Notes: a model not told the origin generated them from the letters alone. Positions 9,857 through 19,255 are shown, counted from the first letter of the stretch. The stretch: 64,000 bases of DNA from an uncultured Chloroflexia bacterium (GCA_963744115.1 CAVUSI010000002.1:473209-537208), one strand, 5' to 3'. Numbers and translations: made by a program.

Positions 9857-11173
9857 ATGGAACGCCGCCCAGCGGCTGCCACGGACCCGCCGGTCGAGCC
9901 GCGACCCGCGGCGACGATCGTCCTCGTCCGGCCGAGCGCCGACGGCCTCGAGGTCCTGCTGACCCGCCGCCCGGACTCGATGGCGTTCGCGGCCGGGCTC
10001 CACGTGTTCCCGGGCGGCCGGGTCGAAGAGGCGGACGGCGACGCGAGGCTGGTGGCCCGGGCGAGCGGGCCGCGCGACGATCCGGCGTTCCGGGTCGCGC
10101 ACCGGATCGCGGCGATCCGCGAGACGTGGGAGGAGGTCGGGGTGCTGCTCGCCGGGCGCGGAGCGACGGCCGAGCCCGACGCCGCAGGAGCCGGGGTCGG
10201 AGCCGCCGCGGGCGGCCCGCGGGACGCCGACCATGACTTCGTCGCGTTGGCGACACGGCTCGACCTGTCGCTGGCGACCGTCGACCTCGTCGAGGTCGCC
10301 CGCTGGGTCACGCCTCGGGCGTACCCGCGCCGGTTCGATGCCAGGTTCTACGTCGCCGAGCTGCCACCCGACGCGGTGCTCGCCCCCGATCCGCGCGAGG
10401 TCGTCGACCACGCCTGGCTGACCCCGCGGGCGGCCCTCGCGGCGATGGCCGACGGGACCATCGCGATGTGGCCGCCGACGTCGACCACGCTCCAGCGCCT
10501 CGAACGGGCCGGATCGTTCGCCGAGGTCCGAGCCGGCCTCGTCCGCGGTCCGGAGCTGCGCATCCGGATCGAGCGGGTCGACCCGACCCTGACCGTCGTG
10601 ACCGGTCGGGCCACGTTCGGGCCGGACGGCCGGCCCGTGAACACCGTTCTCGTCGGTCGGCGGGCGGTGGTGGTCGTCGATCCCGGTGACCCGGACGAAG
10701 ACGTCCTCGACGCGATCGAGGCGACCGTGGCCGCCGGCGGCGGTCGGATCGTCGCGATCGCCCTGACCCACGTGGATCCCGGCCACGCGGCCGGGTCGGC
10801 CGAGCTCGCCGAGCGAACCGGGGCGCCGGTCGTCGTCGGGCCCGGCGGTGCGGCATCGCTGTCCTGGGACGCCTCGGAGGTCGTCGACGGGGCGTCGGTC
10901 GGTCGCGGGGACGACGGACTCACCGCAGTGGCGACCCCCGGCCATCGGCCCGACCACCTGGCCTTCCTCCGGCCCGACGGGACGCTCCTGACCGGCGACG
11001 CGATCACCGACCGCCCCACGCTCGTCCTGCCTCCCGAGGGGGACGCGGCCGCACACGCGGCGACCGTCGCGCACGTCCGGACGCTCGTCGCTGCGGGGAC
11101 GGTCCGCCGGTTCGTACCGGGCCACGGCCCGGCGATCCTGGCCGATCCCGCGGCCATCCTTGCCGGTCGCTAG
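9857..11173 (+). CDS. NUDIX (NUDT19-like) and metallo-beta-lactamase fusion
   Basis: RPAATIVL...VFPGGRV...AAIRETWEEVG and RRFDARFY (NUDIX); TPGHRPDH, TGDAI and PGHG (MBL). Confidence 0.88.
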   Translation: MERRPAAATDPPVEPRPAATIVLVRPSADGLEVLLTRRPDSMAFAAGLHVFPGGRVEEADGDARLVARASGPRDDPAFRVAHRIAAIRETWEEVGVLLAGRGATAEPDAAGAGVGAAAGGPRDADHDFVALATRLDLSLATVDLVEVARWVTPRAYPRRFDARFYVAELPPDAVLAPDPREVVDHAWLTPRAALAAMADGTIAMWPPTSTTLQRLERAGSFAEVRAGLVRGPELRIRIERVDPTLTVVTGRATFGPDGRPVNTVLVGRRAVVVVDPGDPDEDVLDAIEATVAAGGGRIVAIALTHVDPGHAAGSAELAERTGAPVVVGPGGAASLSWDASEVVDGASVGRGDDGLTAVATPGHRPDHLAFLRPDGTLLTGDAITDRPTLVLPPEGDAAAHAATVAHVRTLVAAGTVRRFVPGHGPAILADPAAILAGR

Positions 11174-11184
11174 ACTGACGCGCC

Positions 11185-12036
11185 ATGAGCCTGCCGCCGG
11201 ACGCCTCGCCGCCGGACGCCTCGCCGGCGGATGCACTGCCGCCGGACGAACCGCCTGCTGCCTCGGCCGCCGAGGTCGAGGCAGAGGCGCTTCGCTTGAT
11301 GCGGTCGGTGACCGACGCTCGGCTCCGGGTCCGACTGATGGGCGGGCTGGCGATCCGGATCCAGTCGCCGACGGCCTCACGACCGCCGTACGAGCGGACC
11401 TACCGGGACTTCGACCTCGTGGCGCACGACAAGGACGTCTCGGCGCTCCGCCGACTGCTCGATGCCGCCGGCTACGTCGGGGACAAGCTGTTCAACGCGA
11501 TCCACGGCGCGCAGCGGCTGGTCTACTCGGCGCCGGACGGCCGCTGGTCGGTCGACATCGTGATCGATCGGCTGGAGATGTCCCACACCCTCGACCTCAA
11601 GGGCCGGCTCGCGACCGATGGGCCCACCCTCGATCTCGCCGACCTGCTGTTGACCAAGCTCCAGATCTGGGAGACGAACCGGAAGGACCTCGGCGACGCG
11701 ATCTGCCTGCTGGCCGACCACCCGCTCGCTGCGGTCGGTCGGTTGTCGGCCGCGGGCGGAGCCGACGGGACTCCGGCGCCGATCGATCTTGTCCGCCTCC
11801 GATCCGTCCTCGGCGCGGACTGGGGCTTCTGCCACACGGTCGAACGGAACCTCCGGGCGGTCGCCGAACAGTGGGTGACCGCGCCGATCCCCGACCCGCC
11901 GTTCGCCGTCGACGCCCAGGTCGCGACCCTGCTCGCGGACCTCGAGGCGGCTCCGAAGTCGCTGGGCTGGAAGGCGCGCGCACGCGTCGGTGAGCGGGTC
12001 CGCTGGTACGAAACGCCCGAGGAGGCCCGCCGCTAG
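11185..12036 (+). CDS. Nucleotidyltransferase-superfamily protein
   Basis: RLMGGLAI...YRDFDLV gives a GG-x-DxD metal motif; ADLLLTKLQI helix; TAGACT upstream of the ATG. Confidence 0.75.
   Translation: MSLPPDASPPDASPADALPPDEPPAASAAEVEAEALRLMRSVTDARLRVRLMGGLAIRIQSPTASRPPYERTYRDFDLVAHDKDVSALRRLLDAAGYVGDKLFNAIHGAQRLVYSAPDGRWSVDIVIDRLEMSHTLDLKGRLATDGPTLDLADLLLTKLQIWETNRKDLGDAICLLADHPLAAVGRLSAAGGADGTPAPIDLVRLRSVLGADWGFCHTVERNLRAVAEQWVTAPIPDPPFAVDAQVATLLADLEAAPKSLGWKARARVGERVRWYETPEEARR
11194..11250 (+). repeat. 15-bp coding tandem repeat (PPDAS)
   Basis: CCGCCGGACGCCTCG twice, plus two degenerate copies. Confidence 0.8.
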
Positions 12037-12060
12037 ACGCCCGAGGAGGCGCGCCGCGAG
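12013..12060 (+). repeat. 24-bp tandem duplication of the gene 3' end
   Basis: ACGCCCGAGGAGGCCCGCCGCTAG followed by ACGCCCGAGGAGGCGCGCCGCGAG (22/24 identical). Confidence 0.75.
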
Positions 12061-12094
12061 CCGGCGACCTCCCGCTTCGCGTCGACCCGGGCCC

Positions 12095-13009
12095 TCAGCC
12101 CTCGCCGAGTCCGTTGCGGACGAGCGCCTCACGCCAGTACTCGACGCTGGCGACCAGGTCGTCGAGGACCGATTCGTCGTCCTGCTCGAATGCCGGGATG
12201 ATCTCGAGGATGAGCGCCGTCGTCTCGACGCCGCCGGCCTCGAGCGCGGCCAGCACCCGGTCCGCATCGATCCTGCCGATCGCGTTGCGGTCCGCCGTGA
12301 ACGGCCAGTGGTGGTCGCCATCGGCGTCGGATTGCTGGAGCTGCACGACGGGAGCCGCCCAGCCGAGCTCGACCAGCCAGGCGTATGGATCGCGGTCCGG
12401 ACCGGTCGACCCGGGCACGCACATGTGACCGACGTCGAGGCAGAGCCGGACCGGCACGCATCCATCGTCGCCGCTCGTCAGCAGCTCTCGGATCATCGCC
12501 ATGGTCGACGGCTCGCGTGCAGCGGCGAGGTTCTCGACCATGAGGTACTCGAGACCGGCACGCGACGCCGCGCCCGACAGGTCGATCAACGACGCCTGCA
12601 GCTCCGTCCACCGCGCCGCACGCCGGTCGGGATCCGTCCAGTCCGGGACGCTGAAGGCGCCGACGTGGCCGCCGGTCGCCACGCCGCCGAGCGCCGCGGT
12701 CCAGTCGATGGCCCAGCGGAACCAGCTCGCTGCGGCGGCGCGTCCGGCCGGGTCGGGTCCCAGGAGCAGGTTGTCCGAATAGGCCGCCAGGCCGGTGAAC
12801 GTCGAATGGATCTCGATGCCCGCCGCGGTCGCCGTTCGCGCCAGCGCCGCGGCATCGTCCGCGCTCGAGCCTGCCGCCACCAGGTCGAACGAATGCTGGA
12901 CGAGCGACAGGCCCAGCCGCTCGCGCACGATCGGGATCCAGTCCTCGGCGAGCGGCCAGCGCTTGACGGCGAAACAGGTGTTGATCCCGAGCCGGACGTC
13001 CACCGTCAA
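12095..13009 (-). CDS. TIM-barrel sugar-phosphate epimerase, EryC-like (AP endonuclease 2 fold)
   Basis: LGINTCFAVKRW, CLDVGH, DPYAWL, HWPFTA...GRI and LEI resemble D-erythrulose-1-phosphate 3-epimerase as I recall it (DPYAW, HRPFTA, GRI). Confidence 0.85.
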   Translation of the reverse strand: MTVDVRLGINTCFAVKRWPLAEDWIPIVRERLGLSLVQHSFDLVAAGSSADDAAALARTATAAGIEIHSTFTGLAAYSDNLLLGPDPAGRAAAASWFRWAIDWTAALGGVATGGHVGAFSVPDWTDPDRRAARWTELQASLIDLSGAASRAGLEYLMVENLAAAREPSTMAMIRELLTSGDDGCVPVRLCLDVGHMCVPGSTGPDRDPYAWLVELGWAAPVVQLQQSDADGDHHWPFTADRNAIGRIDADRVLAALEAGGVETTALILEIIPAFEQDDESVLDDLVASVEYWREALVRNGLGEG

Positions 13010-14520
13010 CCTCCCCGGACCGCCGCGGACGCGGCCAGTCTGCGATATGCGCCGAGAGCCTCGTCGTAGGCCGATCGGGCGCCGGCGTCCGGCTCGATCG
13101 GCGGTTCGGTCCGGGTGCAGCGGGCGATCGCCTCGGCCGGATCACGGTAGATCCCGGCACCCAGGCCGGCCAGCATCGCGACCCCGGTGACGGCGGCGTC
13201 GCCGGGGACCGTCCGGACCGGGATGCCCAGCACGTCGGCCTTGATCCGCGTCCAGGTCCCGAGGCGGGTGTCGCCGCCCGACACGCGCAGCTCGGTGACC
13301 GGCGCCCCGCCCACGCGGAGGAGGTCGAGCTGGTCGGCGATGGCGAACGCCACGCCCTCGAGGACCGCGCGCGCCAGCACCGCCCGGCCATGGCGGAGCG
13401 ACAGTCCGGCGAAGGCGCCGCGCAGGTCGGGATCGGTCCGCTCGCCGTCACCGAGGACGGGCAGGGCGACGACCCCGTCCGCTCCCGGGCCGATCGCCCC
13501 GGCCTCAGCGTCGAGGCGGTCGTAATCGGCGGCCGCCGGCCTCCCGGACCGACCCGCATAGGCGAGACCGGCGAGCCAGGCCACCGCGGCTCCCGTGGTG
13601 TTGATCCCGGTCTCGGTCGTGAACGGACCCGGGATGACGTGCGGGTAGTGGGTCACGGCCAGGACGTCGAGCGGTTCGCGGACGGCCGCATTGAGGCAGG
13701 TCGACGAACCGGCCATCTCGCTCACCGGTCCGGGTGCGATCACCCCGGCCCCGAGCGCGCAGGCCTGGCTGTCCGCCCCGCCGAGGATCACCGGCAGGTC
13801 GACCGGCAGGCCGACCCGAGCCGCCACGGCGGCCCGCAACCCACCGACGACGGCACTCGACGCCATGATCGCCGGGAAGAGCGAGCGGTCGAGGCCGAGG
13901 TCGTCGAGCATCCGGTCATCCCAGCCGCCGGCGCGCAGGTCGTACACGAGCGTCGCTCCGGCATGCGTCCCGTCGGTCGCGGCGACTCCGGTCAGGTGGA
14001 GGGCGACCAGGTCGCGCGGTTGGAGGGCGAGCGAAGCCAGCCTGAAGTCGGCCGCCTGATGCTCGCGCAACCAGAGCAGCTTCGGGGCGATGTGGAAGCT
14101 CGACGGAAGGTGACCGGTCCGGGCGTGGATCGCCTCGTCGCCGAAACGCTCGCGCATCGCCGTCGCTTCGGCGACCGCTCGGTTGTCGCGGTAGATCAGG
14201 CCGCTCGTCACCGGTCGACCGCGTCGATCGACCAGGACGACCGACGGGCACTGGCCGGTCAGCCCGATCGCGCGCACGTCGGCGGCGCGACCGAGGCCGT
14301 CGGCCTCGAGACGTCGGACCAGATCGGCCAGCGCCCCGACCGCCGCGGACCGCCACGAGCGCGCGTCCTGCTCCGCCCATCCCGGCCGGGGAGCAGCCGT
14401 CGGGTAGCTCCGACGCGCCTCGAGGATGCGTCGGCCGGCGAGGTCCAGGGCCGCGGCTCGGGCCCCGGACGTGCCGACGTCGATCGCGACGAGCAGTCCA
14501 TCGTGCCGGGCGCGGGTCAC
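13006..14520 (-). CDS. FGGY-family carbohydrate kinase (xylulokinase-like)
   Basis: IDVGTSGARA, GWAEQD, GLTGQ, PKLLWL, GGADSQ, VLEGVAF, VSGG. Confidence 0.93.
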   Translation of the reverse strand: MTRARHDGLLVAIDVGTSGARAAALDLAGRRILEARRSYPTAAPRPGWAEQDARSWRSAAVGALADLVRRLEADGLGRAADVRAIGLTGQCPSVVLVDRRGRPVTSGLIYRDNRAVAEATAMRERFGDEAIHARTGHLPSSFHIAPKLLWLREHQAADFRLASLALQPRDLVALHLTGVAATDGTHAGATLVYDLRAGGWDDRMLDDLGLDRSLFPAIMASSAVVGGLRAAVAARVGLPVDLPVILGGADSQACALGAGVIAPGPVSEMAGSSTCLNAAVREPLDVLAVTHYPHVIPGPFTTETGINTTGAAVAWLAGLAYAGRSGRPAAADYDRLDAEAGAIGPGADGVVALPVLGDGERTDPDLRGAFAGLSLRHGRAVLARAVLEGVAFAIADQLDLLRVGGAPVTELRVSGGDTRLGTWTRIKADVLGIPVRTVPGDAAVTGVAMLAGLGAGIYRDPAEAIARCTRTEPPIEPDAGARSAYDEALGAYRRLAASAAVRGG

Positions 14521-14521
14521 G

Positions 14522-15475
14522 TCAGCCCCGGACGAGCTGGTGCGCCGCGACCTTGTCGCGCTCGAGGGTCATGATCGCTCCGTTGAGGACGCCCGTCCCG
14601 TAGTCCGAGCCCGGATTGATGGCGATCGTCCGGCCCAGCCGGCGGATGCCGCCCGACTCGTGGATGTGCCCGTGCAATCCGAGCAACGGCTGGATCGTCA
14701 TCAGCGCGTCGCGGACCGCGGTGCTGCCGACCGGCGCGAACTTGACCTGGCCGACGGAGGTCTGGACGGTCAGGTTCGCGTCGAGGACCGGCGCCTCGTC
14801 GAGGCCGCTCCCGAACGGCGGGACGTGGACGTTGACGATCGCCCGCTCCGGCGCCTGCAGCCTGGCCGCCATGTCGCCGATCGCCGCGGCCAGGCCGTCC
14901 TCGGTCATCTCGCGATGGCTGTGCCACGGCGTGATGTTCGAGTAGCCGAGCGAGATCATCTCGTGATCGTCGTCGATCATGACGACCCGACCCTCGTCGT
15001 GGACGCCCCACGGCGCGTCGTCGAGGAGCGATCGCAGCTCCGCCGGGTCGTCGTTGCCGAGCATGAAGTACAGCCGCTTGCCGGTCGGGCGAAGGCGCTC
15101 ATCGGCCAGGTTCAGCCACTCGTTGAGCCGCGCGTGCATCAGGCTGACGAACAGGGCATCGAGCGATCCGTCGGCCTTCCGGGCGTCGAGCTCGCCGGCC
15201 TCCGCCCGGTACGGGTAGTAGCCGTGATCGGCGATGAGCTTCTCGAGCGCCTCGAGCTCGGGTCCGTCCTCGACGTCGTAGCTCGTCCCGATGAACGAGC
15301 AACGGTACCGACCGTCGCTGCCGCGGACGATCGTCTGGAGCGCCTTCCCGGCGATATCGCCGCCCAGGACGAGGACGTCGACGCCGTAGGCCGTACCGGC
15401 ATTGACGAACTTCCGGAAGCATTTGCTCGATCCGTGGAGGTCGGTGGCGAAGTAGACCTTGGTCTTCTTGCCCAT
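14522..15475 (-). CDS. Icc-related metallophosphoesterase
   Basis: ATDLHGS, LGGDIAG, GNDD, HVPP and LHGHIHE are calcineurin-like motifs. Confidence 0.9.
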   Translation of the reverse strand: MGKKTKVYFATDLHGSSKCFRKFVNAGTAYGVDVLVLGGDIAGKALQTIVRGSDGRYRCSFIGTSYDVEDGPELEALEKLIADHGYYPYRAEAGELDARKADGSLDALFVSLMHARLNEWLNLADERLRPTGKRLYFMLGNDDPAELRSLLDDAPWGVHDEGRVVMIDDDHEMISLGYSNITPWHSHREMTEDGLAAAIGDMAARLQAPERAIVNVHVPPFGSGLDEAPVLDANLTVQTSVGQVKFAPVGSTAVRDALMTIQPLLGLHGHIHESGGIRRLGRTIAINPGSDYGTGVLNGAIMTLERDKVAAHQLVRG

Positions 15476-15481
15476 CGCCGG

Positions 15482-16300
15482 TCAGGCGCCGACCGCGCGC
15501 GAGCGGACGGTCCGGGCCGCGTCCATCAGGCGCATCGCCCGGTCGCGGTCGACCGCGTTCCAGGTCACCCCATCGACCTTGAGACTGGTCCCGACGATCG
15601 CGCCGTCGGCGACCGCGAAGATCTCCTCGATCCGCTCGGCCCGGACCCCCGTGTTGGCGATGACCGGCGTGTCCGGGATCGCCTCCTTGGCCGTCCGCAG
15701 GTCGCTCATCGCGAACGACACTCCGGCGGCCGGTCCGCTGATGAGGACGGCGTCCATCCCGAGGAAGGCGGCGCCCTTGGCCCGCTCCGCGACGCCCCGG
15801 CTGCCGATCGCGCTGGCGAACTCCGGGAGGACGTTGTCGAACAGGGCGACGTCGGCGGCCCCGATCATCGTCCGGTATCCAGCGATCTCGCCGATCTTCG
15901 GCTCGATCATCCCGAGGTCGCTCTCGTAGACGCCGGTCAGGACCTCGCGGATGAAGCTCGCCCCGGTCGCCCTCGCCAGGGCCAGGCTGGCGATCGCGTC
16001 CCACAGGATGTTCACCCCGAACGGGACCCGCACGTCGCTCCGGAGCATGCCGATGGTGGCGGCCATGGCGCTCGGGATCTCCGGTCCCACCTTGAGCTGG
16101 TAGGGATAGTCGGCCTCGTTGCAGAACAGGACCCCGTCGACGCCCGCCTCCTGCAGGATCGCCAGGTCGCGCCCGAGGCTGTCGAGCGCCTTGCCCTGCC
16201 CCGCGGCGACATCGTGCAGCGGTCGGCCGGGCAGGCCGGGGAAATGGAGCATCGCGACCACCGGCTTGACCGTCCCGAAGATCCGCTCCAGTGCGTCCAT
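15482..16300 (-). CDS. BtpA/SgcQ-family TIM-barrel protein
   Basis: KPVVAMLHFPGLPG, GVDGVLFCNE, PFGVNIL, DGAIVGTSLK. Confidence 0.92.
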   Translation of the reverse strand: MDALERIFGTVKPVVAMLHFPGLPGRPLHDVAAGQGKALDSLGRDLAILQEAGVDGVLFCNEADYPYQLKVGPEIPSAMAATIGMLRSDVRVPFGVNILWDAIASLALARATGASFIREVLTGVYESDLGMIEPKIGEIAGYRTMIGAADVALFDNVLPEFASAIGSRGVAERAKGAAFLGMDAVLISGPAAGVSFAMSDLRTAKEAIPDTPVIANTGVRAERIEEIFAVADGAIVGTSLKVDGVTWNAVDRDRAMRLMDAARTVRSRAVGA

Positions 16301-16309
16301 GCTCTCTCC

Positions 16310-17176
16310 TCAGGCTGGGTCGATCCGGGCCGACGAGGCGGCGAGCGCTTCGTCGTTCGGACCGGCGATGACGATCTCGAGACCGGCGGCGGCCAGGGCC
16401 GTCAGCTCGAGCGCGGGGGCGGATCGGTCGGTGACGAGGGTCTGGATCGAGGCGGCCTCGGCCACGACCGCGTTCGCGGATGTGCCGATCTTCGAGCCGT
16501 CGGCGATGACGACCACGCGGGCGGCTCGCTCGATGGCGAGGCGCTGGATCTCCGCCTCGTCGTCGTCGACCTCGGTCAGGCCCCAACGCGCGCTGAGCCC
16601 GGCGGCGCCGATGACCGCCAGGTCGAACCGGAAGCGACCGAGGGTCGCGGCGGCGACCGGTCCGACGCAGGTCAGCTCGTCGCGTCGGACGGCGCCGCCG
16701 AGGGCCACGACCTCGACCGGGCGGGTCCCGAGGAGACTCGCCGTCGGGAGCGACGCCGTCACGACGACCAGGCCCGGGCGGACCGGCAGGAACCGGGCGA
16801 ACTGCTCGGCGGTCGTGCCGATCCCGACGAAGACCACCCGGGCGTCACCGAGGAGGTGGGTCGCGCGCATCCCGATCCGGCGCTTCTCCCGGGTGTGCTG
16901 GAGCGCCCGCGCGTTGAACGCGACGTCGAGCGCCCGGGTCAGGTGGGCGGTCGCCCCACCGTAGGTCTGGCGGACGAAGCCGTCCCGCTCGAGCCGGCGG
17001 ATGTCCCGGCGGATCGTCATCTCGCTGACATCGAACTCCCGGGCAAGGTCACCGACGTGGATCGTCTGCTCCTCGGCGACGCGCTCGAGGATGCGATGAC
17101 GCCGGTCGACCGCCGCGAGCGGCCGCGGACGGCCACCGCTCGTCTCCGCACGTCTCACAGCATCCGACACGTTCAT
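16310..17176 (-). CDS. DeoR/GlpR-family regulator
   Basis: RRHRILE...DLAREFDVSEMTIRRDIRRLE is a DeoR HTH, followed by a sugar-phosphate sensor domain. Start position is uncertain. Confidence 0.92.
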   Translation of the reverse strand: MNVSDAVRRAETSGGRPRPLAAVDRRHRILERVAEEQTIHVGDLAREFDVSEMTIRRDIRRLERDGFVRQTYGGATAHLTRALDVAFNARALQHTREKRRIGMRATHLLGDARVVFVGIGTTAEQFARFLPVRPGLVVVTASLPTASLLGTRPVEVVALGGAVRRDELTCVGPVAAATLGRFRFDLAVIGAAGLSARWGLTEVDDDEAEIQRLAIERAARVVVIADGSKIGTSANAVVAEAASIQTLVTDRSAPALELTALAAAGLEIVIAGPNDEALAASSARIDPA

Positions 17177-17198
17177 TCCTCGAAACGCACAACAACCA

Positions 17199-17225
17199 TT
17201 GACGAACAGTGTGCGATTGTGTTCG
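17199..17225. promoter_or_regulatory. Inverted repeat CGAACA-N11-TGTTCG overlapping TTGACG
   Basis: Lies in the AT-richer divergent region between deoR and the APC permease; candidate DeoR operator. Confidence 0.45.
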
Positions 17226-17298
17226 ACTATCAATGCGGCAGGCCCGCGCTGTCAAGCGCTCACACCGCACTGTGGACCGCGACGGAGGAGGAACCACC

Positions 17299-18933
17299 TT
17301 GACCACGAAGGTCGACGGTACCGGGGGTAGCCAACTGTTCGTTCGCCAGAGCACGGGGCTGGTTCGGGAGGCCTCGGCGCTCGATGCGACGATCTTCAAC
17401 GCGGTCTTCTCGGCGCCGGTCGGCGCCGCTCTCGCCTTCGGCCTGTTCTGGGCCTACTCCGCCTTCCCGAAGGCCGACCTGGTGTCGGCCACGATCATCT
17501 CGCTGTTCCTGAACGTCCCCGTCCTGATCATGATGGCGCTGCTCGCCGCCAGCATGCCGCGGACCGGCGGCGACTACGTCTGGGTCAGCCGGATCCTGTC
17601 GCCCCCGCTGGCGCTGATCAGCAACTTCGGCGCGGCGCTGTCGGCGATGATCGGGGCCACCTTCTGGGCCCGCTACTTCGCCGTGTCGGCCCTCGGGCCC
17701 GTCCTCGTCTCGATCGGGGCGGTGACCGGGAACGCGACGCTGGTCGAGTGGGGCCAGAACTTCAGCGACCAGAAGAACCACCAGATCTGGGTCTTCCTCG
17801 GCGGCTTCGCGATGATCGCATTGATGACGGCCATCCTCATCGCCGGCACGAAGACGACCTTCCGCTGGCAGAACACGTTCTTCGTCATCGCGATGGCGGG
17901 CACGCTCGCCGCATTCGTCGTCCTCCTGTTCGGCAACAACGCGGACTTCCAGGCGCACTTCAACACCCTGAACGCCACGTTCGGCGGCGGGACCGCGGCG
18001 GACGTCATCGGCGACAAGGCGGGGATCGGTCCGGATACCTCGGACCTCGGCTCGCTCGTCCCGGCGATCTTCGTGGTCATGACCTTCATGATGTGGAACT
18101 GGTGGTCGGTCTACCTCGCCGGCGAGCTGAAGAGCGCGATGAACCGTGGTCGCCAGCTCAGCATCATGTTCGGCGCGCTGATCTTCGACGTGGTGTTCAT
18201 CTCGCTCGGCGCGATCCTGTTCTTCCGCGTCGTCGGCTTCGACTTCGTCGTCGCGGCCAACAGCGGCAGCACCGCCTACGCGATCCCGTCGGGCGCCTTC
18301 TTCCAGCTCCTCGCGAGCCTGGTCGCCGACATCCCCGTGGTGACCGTGCTCATCGTCGGCTCGTTCCTGTTCTGGAGCCTGCCCGCGATGGTCGGCAACA
18401 CGTTCATGCCGATCCGCTCGGTCTTCGCCTGGTCGTTCGACCGACTCCTGCCCGAGAAGTTCGCCGAGGTCAACGAGCGGACCCACTCGCCCGTGCCGGC
18501 CATCCTGCTGGTCATGGGCATCATCACCGCGATGCTTGCCTGGAGCATCGTGTCGACCGACTTCGGGACGTGGCTGGCGCTGGGCGTCCTGGCCGGCGTC
18601 GTCTGCGTCGTGATCGTCGCCGTCGCCGCCTTCGTCTTCTCGAGCCGCCGACCCGACCTGTACCAGGCGTCCCCGGCCAACGTGACCTTCGCCGGTCTGC
18701 CCGTCCTCAAGATCGTGGCCCCGCTGTCGATCCTGGTGATGGTCTTCCTGGTCTACGCCGTCCTGGCCTACCCGCCGCTGGCACTCGGGAGCTCCGACAA
18801 CGCCTGGTGGGTCCCGGCCTTCATGCTCGCCATCGTCATCATCGGACTGGTCATCTTCTATGGCGCCCGCGCCATCCGGAAGAGCCAGGGCATCGATATC
18901 GATCTCGTCTACCGGGAGCTTCCCCCCGAGTGA
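17299..18933 (+). CDS. APC-family permease
   Basis: TTG start after GGAGGAGG; FVRQSTGLVRE, MPRTGGDYVWVSR, RSVFAWSFDRLLP, YRELPPE; at least 12 TM segments. Confidence 0.92.
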   Translation: MTTKVDGTGGSQLFVRQSTGLVREASALDATIFNAVFSAPVGAALAFGLFWAYSAFPKADLVSATIISLFLNVPVLIMMALLAASMPRTGGDYVWVSRILSPPLALISNFGAALSAMIGATFWARYFAVSALGPVLVSIGAVTGNATLVEWGQNFSDQKNHQIWVFLGGFAMIALMTAILIAGTKTTFRWQNTFFVIAMAGTLAAFVVLLFGNNADFQAHFNTLNATFGGGTAADVIGDKAGIGPDTSDLGSLVPAIFVVMTFMMWNWWSVYLAGELKSAMNRGRQLSIMFGALIFDVVFISLGAILFFRVVGFDFVVAANSGSTAYAIPSGAFFQLLASLVADIPVVTVLIVGSFLFWSLPAMVGNTFMPIRSVFAWSFDRLLPEKFAEVNERTHSPVPAILLVMGIITAMLAWSIVSTDFGTWLALGVLAGVVCVVIVAVAAFVFSSRRPDLYQASPANVTFAGLPVLKIVAPLSILVMVFLVYAVLAYPPLALGSSDNAWWVPAFMLAIVIIGLVIFYGARAIRKSQGIDIDLVYRELPPE

Positions 18934-19036
18934 TCCCGGTCGACCACGAGGCGGATGGCCGTCGGTCGCGAGACCGGCGGCCTTCGCTTCCCGGGTCCGT
19001 GACGGACACCACCGGGTCCTGCCGTCTCCCAGGTGC

Positions 19037-19211
19037 GGTAGTACGGGCATTCTTAGGGAGCGGTCTCGTGCTGGGCCCAGCCGGGTCGCGGGCGCGCGGA
19101 TCGGGTTTCGGTGTCCGCGATACCAATGGCCGTGCTATCCCGGCCCGTGGACCGGCCGGACCGCCACGGACAGGTGGCTGCAGGGCGGTTCCTAGTCATG
19201 CCCGTTCTATC
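19037..19211 (+). ncRNA. Candidate structured RNA, 6S-like rod (~175 nt)
   Basis: 19039-50 pairs with 19198-209 (11/12); 19054-59 with 19189-94; 19081-85 with 19139-43; apical stem 19095-100 with 19114-19; 3'-side hairpin 19145-50 with 19164-69. G-U pairs favour the + strand. Confidence 0.45.
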
Positions 19212-19255
19212 GTCGCGCGCCTGTCCGACGAGCGCAGGCGGTGGACCGTGACCGC

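Noticed and set aside
12013-12060. 3'-end duplication as an integration att site
   Set aside because: The copies are adjacent rather than flanking an element, and no integrase is present; likely slippage.
17203-17225. CGAACA...TGTTCG as a LexA box
   Set aside because: The spacer is far longer than the 4 nt of GAAC-N4-GTTC; kept only as a DeoR operator candidate.
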